Shown: piece by piece, positions 53,517-64,000 of the stretch
How the letters are laid out: each line of letters opens with the position of its first letter
How positions within the stretch are numbered: the stretch's first letter is position 1
From: Tubulanus polymorphus
Lineage: Eukaryota; Animalia; Nemertea
DNA: 64,000 bases
Assembly (NCBI RefSeq): GCF_964204645.1
Contig: NC_134030.1
Span: 5,250,778 to 5,314,777, forward strand
Reading direction: 5' to 3'
Translations under genes and position numbers: made by a program
The notes under the pieces: generated by a model
Databases searched by the model: none
What the model was told of the DNA's origin: nothing
Seen by the model: only the letters and a program-made list of their open reading frames with translations

Positions 53517-55596
53517 GTGACCAGTCTTTCAACCACATTCCTCTTAAAATGTAGTTATAAAACTGTTTCATAATTTCTAACTGAACAGAAAACTGACAGT
53601 AGAAGCTTTAGGGGGATTCGTGCCCTCAATGTGTTACGGGCTTGCGCTTTTATAGACTGCAGCAATTCTGAAATCAGTGTTTCTATTTATGGCTGGTGAG
53701 TGTTTTTCATACAATCAAGCGCTAATAAGTCATGATAAATGTGAATTCTATCATTTCCGCGTCGATGATGCGTAATTTCAGAAAACTTTCCTAATGAACT
53801 ATGATTTTCATCCATAAAACACAGTTCGTGTATACAACTCCCTCGTGGCCTCGGCGTCCAGTACCAATGAAAATAAAAAAGGTGAAATCTCATTCATTCG
53901 ACGTCATTAAATATTGAAGGCGCATCTGGCCTTCCAATTCAGGAGTGATTCCTCAAATATTGGAAGACTTTAAAAGGTGGCCCTATAAGCGTTCGACGTT
54001 AATGAACTGACCACTGCGTTGTTTGGAGAAAGGGCGACTAGAATACCGTTTTATGGTCATTGCCCGGCGTGAGGACAAACTTGAAACTGTTCTTTGCTCC
54101 CAAATCCGAGTTTTATGATTATTATGTTGTCTCTAGTTTGTAGATTCAATCCGATACATGTTCCACGTTTACGAGGTGATCCCATCTCTTTATATTTGTC
54201 CGGACATGGCGGCTTATAATAAGCATTGCGTATAAAATATTCATCAACGCTAACCCTTAAAAAACCCCGGCTACTCTTGGCCGCTCATTTCCCTTTAAAA
54301 TTTAGGGAGGAGGCCTCACCTATTGCTATCATGATTTGTACTGTCAAGATAATCAATTTCTTAGTTACAAAATCTTATTTTTTTCTCTGAGCCCGCCTTC
54401 GGGTTGATGTCTTTTTCTGCTGATCTTATTCGTCACTTCATCTCAATGAATGCGGTTTCGTAACGCGGGTAACTATATTTTTTTTCTCGATTTACGACTC
54501 ACCGTAATTGCAATCGTGCCGTATTTACTCGCCTCATCTCACGGGGACCCTTGTTTCGTTTGAGTCAATTATCCCGGGCTACGTTCGGGCCATAAACACG
54601 AATTATATATTTTTAAGAATCGAGTCCTATTAATTTGCATGTCTCCTCGCGGGTCGTTTTCCCGCGGCATCCGGCGTGAAGTATATTTTCGCGCGATGAA
54701 TTTTACATCCGGCTGGAGACTGATTGTAACCGAACTACACGCAGCCGCACGCATCACGTCTCATCGCCTAGTAGTAGTTACTTTCGATCTTATGTCACCT
54801 ACGCAATTAACTTAACAAACACCGCATCAAAACCGTAAACATTTGCAGTGGAAAATAAAACGAGTCATTTTATAACGCTGTAAGTGGTGATTAGTTGAGT
54901 TTAACAATCCATTGGTCGCGAATAAAACACAAACAAGCCGCCAGTTGCCACGACGAAAGCTCGCTGCTTCCGGACAATAAAGTCACGCCGAAACAATCGA
55001 ACGATCGATCGCTGATTATATTCAAAAATAAGGAACGAAACGTTTATATTTCTTGTTCGTTCTTAGATTTGTGTCGGCGGAGTTATTATTTATTTTATAT
55101 TTATTTTATCGAATCGGTTACGGGCGCGTTCACGGGTTCCGTCGTAAAATGCTAATTGAGGAAACGCTTAGCACTCAGATTAGAGGCATAGGTGTCGTAA
55201 AAATTAGTCGATATTGCGGTTTTATTCGAAGATCAAAATTACGGGAAGACGTCGATACAAGCGTGGCTGAGCTGCGATACGCGACGCGCCTGCTGCGCAC
55301 ACGTCGCAGACTCACATGCCCGTAAACTCGAGATTATTAGCCCGGTTAACCAAAAACAATCAACGCATTTCATTCCATTCAGAACCGTCATAAAAACGCC
55401 TCTTAAGTACTATTTGAGTACGCCTGAAAGAGAGAAAATGAATTAATTATCACACCTATTATGCAGTCACGGATTAGTTAAATCTGTTTTTTACAGTTCG
55501 TTTACGATCAATTAATATGCAAACATCGTAACATTGCGAACGTAAAGTGAACGGAGAATAAAGTGAATTTGTTATTGTAGACTTTTTCCTCTTTCA

Positions 55597-55831
55597 GGAT
55601 TCGAACCCGTTCGAAGACATCGCCTTCGATCAGGGTTCGAACCCTAGGTTTGAGCCGCTCCATGGCGCTTCGAAACCTTTCCATTTGATGCAGGTTCGAG
55701 TCCCGCCACTCGCTGCGCTACGCGAACTGATTATGGACGATGTTAACCCATACGCCCTCATCTTGATCTGATTGGGTTCGAATCCTTCAAATATTCTTTG
55801 CGACGTTATTACTCTAAGTGGGTTCGAATCC
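55597..55831. promoter_or_regulatory. Cluster of tRNA-type B-box motifs without recognisable A-boxes (candidate TFIIIC/ETC element)
   Basis: GGTTCGAnyC matches at 55597-55608 (minus strand), 55633-55644 (palindromic), 55693-55704, 55774-55785 and 55820-55831, plus degenerate copies. Confidence 0.55.
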
Positions 55832-56796
55832 TTTCACTCTCCGTACAAAAATCTAATTACAGAGCAATGTAATAAACAATTGCCGATATGGCAAACACGG
55901 ACAAAAGCCTCGTAATATATTTGTACACTTAGACCCACAGTGTCGAGGTTGTTAAGTGCATTTGGCGATACCGTGTACGTGACGACCCCGGGACTAGCGG
56001 CGCGCAAGTGAACGCGGTAACTTCTCACAAGTTCGGCTAAAATAAATTTGTACAAACTATTCTCCCTCTAGCTATGCGCGTATGTGAACGCGTTTTTACG
56101 ATCCTAGACGAACTTGGCACTTTTATCACCGATATTCGCGCACAGATATCATCACCCCGGAATGATATTGATATTGATAGAAAAATAAAATAAAAAACTA
56201 CGTATATACGACTCGTGTCGACTATTTTCGCGTTTACCGCAGCGGCACGTGTTATATTGGAGCTGAGGACGACTCGTAAAACGAGCTTTAAAAGCGATAA
56301 ATTATTCGAATTAACGGCTTCGGATATTCGTATAATTGATCGGTGGTTTTCATACAATTAAATAATATTCTAATTGCGTTTACGCAATCATAAAGAGACG
56401 TTACCGAAACGTTTGCGGCGAATGTTTCAATTCTCGTTTGTTTCTATGGGCTTCATCGGTTATAGTCTTAATAGGTTTTGCGACATGAAAAAAAAGTGCA
56501 GCAGGTGCAAATAACAACTGATTATTTTTGTGTCTTTTTAAGTCCCTTCAACGCCGACCAAAGCCTGGCGACCGCGTGAATTGGAAATAAAGCGTTGAAA
56601 ATAAAATAAATTGCCGTAACGATATTCTCTTTGATGGACCAATTCGTTAAAAAATTGAAAACACATAAATTCAAAACAGTAGCTCCGAAATGAGGCTTCG
56701 AATTAAAAAAAAACCACGTTTTAGAATTGTGATTTCTGAGGTTTAAGAAATATCTTTGTTTCTAATCCAACATGACGCGAGTTCAATGCAGATCCC

Positions 56797-56898
56797 CAGG
56801 ACCCAGTGAGACAGTTGTGATTTAGAGTTAACTCTGAGTTAAAGTAAGTTGAACTCGGAGAGTTAAATCTCCACTCACAACTGTGAAACTGGACCCTG
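56797..56898. mobile_element. Harbinger-like MITE
   Basis: Homologous to 53403-53516. Confidence 0.7.
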
Positions 56899-59240
56899 AT
56901 GGATAGACCACGTCAAGGTGAGCAATAAGTAAGACAACCTGACAACTTTAGCATCTTCAAGTCAGACCTGGGCCATTCTGGAAGATATCAAAGTGTCGCG
57001 TTGTATACGTAGTTAGTTTCTTGTTCTCTTTGACGTTTTCTATCCATCTGGGGAGCTGCATTGGCTGCTAGTATGCGATGCCGAAACAGTGTGGTCTTGA
57101 TAAAAAGACTTCTGGAAACTCAGTCAATTTGATTTTTCGCTTTTGGTGCAATCATTACGAATAGTTTTTGGTGTTATTTGATTGACGTGTTGATAAACGA
57201 ATATGTATTTATGACGTAAAAATGAATATATAAAGGAACTGGTAACTGGTAATATGAAGTTTATTTATTTGATACTTTTTTTACGAACAAGAAACAGTTC
57301 ACGCGGTACTTTGCGACCTTGTAGGCCCACATGAATATAATATATAGTAAACTGTAATGAAGCCAACGATAAAATTCGTAATTACTGCGTAAGGAGATAT
57401 TTACATAACGCGATACTCAGTAAACAATGGGGAAAACTACTAGATTTAATCCATATCGATGTAAAAAATGAAACACGGTCGCAAAGTTCTGATACTTTGA
57501 CGCAAAAGAATAACATATCGGATTCCTAGAAATATCTTGATTATGGGCACGATAATATGCCGAGATCTTCATCGTACCATGATTGTAACCAATCAGGCAG
57601 GTTGATAGGTTCATGGCACTCTTCGAAATTCTTTTTTTGCACGGAATAAGTACTTACAGCGTTTCATTTGATCGATCGGGTGAATTGGTTTTTTTAAAGT
57701 GTATACAGTATTATATGATAATCTGCTTCAATTTTGAAATTAACTGGTTTGTCTCCGCTGGCGCCAGACCTAACTAAATCCATTAATGTATTCATGCTTT
57801 CCCGGTATAACTAATAGGTCGTTGCTTATTAAAGCGAATAAAGTTCGACAAAATATAGATGAAATTTGTATAAATGTTATTCGCGTATTTCTGAATATGA
57901 AATGCGCATATATATAATTTGTTATGAATGTATTGATACGTAAAACACGATGTAACACGTGTTAATGACTGATTCTTAAAAACAATCCCCGAGACACGTT
58001 GCAAAATGTAGAGCGTTGTCATGCAACAGATAAATTTCAGCGAGATTTTTAATTATCATTTGCATACGAGACAATGAATTCATATGCGCACAAAAAGAAC
58101 AGCAAGTTTTGTTCATCGAGTTACGGGACACCATTTGTTCATGGCAAATTGGTAATTAAACATTTTTGCCAGCATAACTTTATTCACGATTTCGGTTCCT
58201 TTTTGAGAATGTCGAATAGATTCAGTGTTGCCTTTCATCGCAAAGTTCTTACGTTTCGTATCGTTATTAATGGATTTTCGATATTTAGTTCTCGGTATAT
58301 TACGTTATGGCGTTTTCGAGGATTTCGACGGTCCCCTGGAACTGGCCACGTGAGAATTTCCGCGAACAGCAGCCGGAAAATCGTAGCCGATTTCATTTTA
58401 ATCAATGCGTTATAGTAAGCGACCACACATGCGCAAACGGTGTAAACAAGCCGGGATCATACCGTGCAAGCGCATAAATCTATTGAGCTCATTGCAAATC
58501 AACTAGTGTTGCTCCGCCCTCACAATGAGCTCGTCGACAATCGGATTACAATAAACCGACTTGTTCATTCGACGAAGCCGATTTTGGGCTACGATTTTTG
58601 CCCGATTTTACTAACAATCCACTGCGCCAAATACGCGCTTCCCAGTCCATCGAATACTAGCGCCTAACAACCGCGGCATTTTTGTCAATTTTGCACCAAT
58701 TAGCGCGGCGTCGGAGAGTTAAAAACCATCATCTACCGTACGGCCGAATTCGTATCCCTCGCACGTTCGCGTTTATTTACGAGACGCACACGGTAACGAC
58801 AGAAAAAAGTTGTGCGTAGGACAGACAGGCCGTTAGAACCGTGGCAATTTAAGCTGACGGTGCTCGCGACGACTTTGCCAAATTTGCATAATGGTCTATT
58901 ATAGCATCACGATCCAAAAACTGTATCTGTTTACAAGTACACGATACCGTGTACGCTTTTGACCTCATCGTGCTCTTGGAAGAACCGAGTGATTTACGAG
59001 CAAATAGCGCCTGCCGGTAGGTGGTTTTTGCGTTGTAAAATTGCCAAGCCGCATCGCGATAAGAAAAGTCGAATAGCCCGAGCAGCCTCGAACGAAAACT
59101 TCACATCTTGCCCTGGCAGTTCGGTTTCGGGCCTCTACGCGTACCGTAGCGTAATTCAATTCTAGACTTGGCGTACGGGCGCTGTCTGAATTTGAGCCGT
59201 CGTTCGATCAAACATCCGGTAATGAGCTCCGCCGCACTCT

Positions 59241-59447
59241 CATTGGTCGTGACGTATGTCACGTGGCTTTAGTCATTCCGTGAAAAATAGTTCGTGAGCG
59301 TGAATCAACCTGGGTCAGTGTTGTAGTGTTTTGCAACCAAGCAATACAGGACAAAATTGCTTGTAAGGGTCATTTAACTGCACACATTCAAAAGTAACAT
59401 GACATTTTAAGGATTCTCAACAAATTTGGTCACCGCTTCTCGACTGG
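59241..59447 (+). promoter_or_regulatory. Probable promoter and non-coding first exon of the gene at 61117
   Basis: Reverse CCAAT, TGACGT and GTCACGTG motifs at 59241-59266. Strong donor ctgg|gtaagt at 59447/8 followed by (GT)n. Acceptor tttcag at 61031-61032. Confidence 0.5.
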
Positions 59448-61116
59448 GTAAGTTGCGATCTTGTTTTTTTCTCTTCTCGCGTCTGCTCTTGTTTGTGTGT
59501 GTGTGTGTGTGTGTGTGTACAGCGTGGCGTTTATCGCCGTGTCAGTTTTATGCAGCGAGCTATTTCGCTCGAGGCGAGAGTGACGTAAAACTCGATGATA
59601 GACGTTTTTTATGTTTACCGCATGTCACTATGATCATCGAAATCAAAATAAAATCCAATCGAAGAAGAATGTATTTCAGATGATGTTACGGTTCCAATAA
59701 AAGAGAAAACGAAACCCGAATCAAAGGAAGCTCATCCGCATCTCGTTAAATGTTAATTGTTCGTTTGTACATGCTATTTTGTATTTCAGTGAGTATAGAA
59801 ATTATAGGGCGATATAAACTATCAGGAAGTCACAGTTCGGATATGAAATAAATGCAATAGAATTTGAGGGCTTTTTTTATGAGATTACTAATTGCTGATT
59901 ATTCGATATATGTATATGTATATTTATATGAGATATCTGTTTTTCAATGTAATCGTTTGCATATCGTTGATCAAGATTATTGAAATAATACGCAGGCACG
60001 TTTCGAGGAACATTCTCGGGAAAAACGAACAATCGACTAAGGTTATAATTCAAACATTAGAATTCTTGACTCGAACCGAACAATATCAAAAGACCTATTG
60101 CACTGATAATATTATGATCGTAGTTTATGCCGTGTGTAGACAGATACTGGGTACGCAGCTGCCGTTTTGTCTGTAAGGATGATTTATATACTATATGTTG
60201 TACAGTGCAGTAGCCCGATGTCATTATCCAGATTTGGAAAACGAACTGTATTGTCACTTCGTCGTTTTTCAAGTCAACCTGTTTTGAATACTTTGGCGGG
60301 AGAAAAAAAACTAGATTAACACACCTCAATTGTGGGAAACAATTTTTAAACATTCTGCGATATGACGAAGTATATTCCAGTTCCATAGCGTGTTATGACA
60401 AGTCTCGCTGGCCCAGAATGAACACTATCACTCTTTTTGGGCAAAGTGCCCAGGACAGCCGTTAAAATGAGATAAAAGATGAAAGTTAGGTGTTTTTAAG
60501 AATTGAAACTTATTCGTAGGGAAAATGATCGAGTGATCGCGTGAGCATCATTCATTGTTGAACCATTGTTCCCGCGGTTGTAAAACTAGCTCGCGTAAAA
60601 CCAATCCATTTCTCGGTTTATTGCTCATAAAACGGCCCGGTTTCCGACCGTGTTCCGACCAAAATCCTCGAAGAGCTTGATTTTTGTGTATTTTTCTATC
60701 GAAGATAGCCTGCGCACTTCAAGGGGACATCAGCACTCCGAACGCTGAGCTACTAAAGATAAACAAACTTATTTGTTTTTGGTAGCACGTACAATGAATG
60801 AGCGTTCGATGTTCGTTTTCGGTCGTAAATCACGTAACCAATGAACGTTTGTGGTATTCAGCTCGGTTGTAAATCGATCGACATTTTCCTAGAAGACTTC
60901 CATGTTGTGCCAGTCAGGCGACGAGCTCGGAAAATCTACGAGCCGATTCCTGTAAAACATTCCGAGAAACCTTACTCACGGGAAAATATATTATCACCTC
61001 GTCAAACAAAACGCTCCTTTTTATCGTTTCAGAAAATAGTGGTTGATATTTCCGCGAAGGGATCAAGTCACCGAACACCGAGTTTATCTCATCGCTACAG
61101 AAAACACGCCGCAATC

Positions 61117-61612
61117 ATGGACGCTGCGGGCAACCTTCTGGCGCACGGGCGTCTACCAACTTATCAGCCCATGAGCTCGGCTGGGACCACGCTATTGTCG
61201 ACGGGACCCGAAGTCAGCCGACAACTTATACCTAGTCAAAACGGATGGAACTATAGTCAAAGTGAAGCCGCCCTGGCGCCTCACAATACGTGTAATTTCC
61301 CTTACACAAACTTGTCATCAAATTCTCCGGCAATCACAAATAAGCCGACTTACGGCTCGGCATTCGCTAACACGGACTTCGGTTTACCGAACTGCCAACA
61401 GATGCAAATAAATAGTGTGAACAGTGCTCTATCGGCTCGGGGCTTTCAGTTTTACCCGGGTGATATGTATCCGAGTAGTGGACACACGGGTATGCACAAT
61501 GGGGGACTATTTACTGATCTCAACTGTTCATCGATGTCGATGTCGACGATACCAAGACTGTCGCACGAGGAAAGCGTCGCATTGGTCGAAAATGCCAACA
61601 ACGGTGTCTCAG
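61117..61612 (+). CDS. First coding exon of an unidentified gene, possibly a developmental transcription factor (no diagnostic domain in window)
   Basis: atcATGG start, 165 S/N/P/Q/Y-rich codons (MDAAGNLLAHGRLPTYQP...VENANNGVS), and a phase-1 donor cag|gtaggt. Confidence 0.7.
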
Positions 61613-64000
61613 GTAGGTTCAACATTCTCAGCAACTGCGGTGGGCCTGCGTCGGGTCTGGATTTCCAGGGGTTGATTATGTTTGTTAACATTTTCTCATC
61701 AGACTTCCTCTGATATATAATACTTAGCATTAATATGGATTCGTGGAACCTTGCCATTACTATGAATTATATCGATTTCAAAGTCCAAAACTTTGGTAAC
61801 TAATAAATTTCGGAATGTGTACGCACGACGCGAACTGATAAATGGCGCCAAAATGGCATCGTCCACGCGTTATCCACGTAAATCGCGCGAATGACAATAA
61901 CGTTACTAACACTTTGTAACCTAAACCGACACAGCGATGACTTTCGGCAGGCAGCAGTTCTGTGGCGGAACGATCTTCCGTAACTATAAATCTTATAGGG
62001 CATGAATGCATCAACGTTCTCGGTTTTCTGTTAGCAGAAGATAAAAGGATCGATAGCTCTTCAACTGGTTTTCACTAACGTTTTAATCTTTAGTTTGATA
62101 TACGTGACGCGCAGTTCTTCAGTCATCCCATCAGCCATGTTGATGCTGTGTAGGTTACCGCGCACAGCCACACGGATGACTGTCCTCTTATTCCACGTGA
62201 AACCTTTCATGTAACCTACCCATAAATCCTGTGTCTGTGATTTATACTCGCAAATTACGTTCTCGGATCCGCGTTGGCGCGCGGCATATTATTGTACGGG
62301 CCTTTTTGCATTGACGACGTATAGTTTCTGAATTAGCTCCCCAATGAGCCATCCAATCTAGATTTTCTTTGTGTTATTTTTAATTCGTCGACTTCGAAAT
62401 AGTCCCAGTAGTTCTCCGAGCGAAATGTGCTACGTAATAGCGCTCTTATTCCGACGTCTAGTCCGCGTCACGCGATAGAACAGAAACGTCAACACTACTT
62501 GTTCAAAATAACTTCGCATTATATACTGTCGATGATTTTTCATACCTTTAAACGCTAGCACAGCGTTAACGGTCTCGAAAACAGCACACACCTTTTGACA
62601 ATACGCAAAAACATCTATTCTACGGCTATAATTCAATTCATTATCAATTGATTATAGCAGTGCGATGTATATACGCAAATACAGCACAAACACGCGGGTA
62701 TTTTATGACTTATTACGGTCGTTATTTAAGGTTCTAAACTGGCGCTATTAAAGCCTTGTTTGATTGCATCTTTATTGCACACATATTTAACCTCGCCCAT
62801 AAACTGTCACGATTCGTGTCTCCTCTTCACAAATTATAACATCCATATTGGAATGATTTGTGGCGACGGTTAACACGAAGCATCGATAGATAGATAGAGA
62901 GAGAGGGATCGAGGGTGTTGCCGGCTATGTTGGCTGGATTTGACCGGGCGTCCAAAGGCATTAACTTCATCTTATTAGAATATCCATATAATACCTCATA
63001 ATGGCCAAATCTGGTATTAATCTAGGAGCCCATTATGGAAGCTTCCATCTAACTGATTATAGGTTAGATTGATTGATACTGTTCTGGCTGCAGCTGATAC
63101 GTATCTTTCGTCCACTGATGCAAAACTGGTGGGTTCGACCCCAGTCTCGGTATTAAGCTTAAACTGGTCTTATTTCTTGGGATAAGTCGCCGAACTTATG
63201 GTTATTACCTTAGATCTCGCCTGTGGAACTTAGTTCCCAGGGTGATTTGTCTGGACCGGTTCGTTGATTGGAATTCCTCGTTATTGTAACCAGGTTGGTC
63301 GACGCGCTGGAATGACCATTGCTCCGTCACACAACATGGCAACTGACGATCGAGAAATTTAATTAGTGGTCATTCATTATTCACCGAGTTGTCTAATTGA
63401 ACTTCTGGAGACTTCGGAGAATGTGTAATGATGAAGAATTTCGAACAAAAGAAAGTATCGAACGATTGTTTCATCGTGACGTGTCAGAAGTGTTTTCAAT
63501 TGCCCCGACAAATGTTTTCAAACACAGTAGCATGTTACTGGTATTTGAGTTTGAATACGACACGTGTTTGAAAACATGAAGCTTTGTTGCACCGGTCGCA
63601 CCTCTTGTTCGCGTCCTCGAAGTACGCGTGCGCGCGCCCGACCGTCGACAGCTTTTCAACGGCGTTCGTTCAACGCGCCGTTTCATCGGTAAAAACGAGG
63701 AATCGATATCGACGTGGTGAACGAAACGACGATTTACGGCGCTCGATTTCATAATATTCCGATCGCGGAATTTGCCAATAAATCAATCGCGAGAATCACC
63801 GAAACACTGGCTGGCGCGCGAGAGGCTGATTTACGAGTAGCGAGTACAAATCAGCGGTTTATCCAGTACGTTGTAACGAACCGGCTGAGATAAAGCGTTT
63901 CATCAGTAACTTCAATATGGGAATATGAGTCTTCATCTTTATCCCATTAAAACAAATCTCTTTCTCCTTCACAAATGATTTCATATTCTTATTGAAAATG

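Noticed and set aside
55597-55831. CRISPR-like array
   Set aside because: The context is eukaryotic, and the repeated units are about 12 bp, irregularly spaced and in mixed orientation.
60841-61116. 5' extension of the 290-aa ORF
   Set aside because: It crosses a likely acceptor at 61031-61032. The ATG at 61117 has better context and coding-like composition.

Overview
Intron-rich invertebrate (probably spiralian/lophotrochozoan; inference) genomic DNA. Gene models were read by hand from splice sites and phase. (1) A minus-strand locus running off the left edge, in which eight exons with two DZANK1-like blocks join in phase to an annexin core; a separate 'MA' start exon could instead give a short annexin. 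(2) PFDN5, head-to-head with it, containing a U12-type intron. (3) A 3-exon uncharacterised gene of about 253 aa. (4) TOMM40, 334 aa. (5) A 20-coding-exon STAT5-like gene, 790 aa. (6) The first coding exon of an unidentified, probably regulatory gene at about 61.1 kb, whose remainder lies beyond the window. Non-coding DNA holds many small non-autonomous DNA transposons and a 5'-truncated LINE. The most unusual signals are two 9-bp-TSD MITEs with unrelated long TIRs but a near-identical tRNA-derived Pol III cassette, ultra-short (21-31 bp) palindromic insertions with 7-bp target duplications, an A-box-less cluster of TFIIIC B-boxes, and the DZANK1-annexin architecture.
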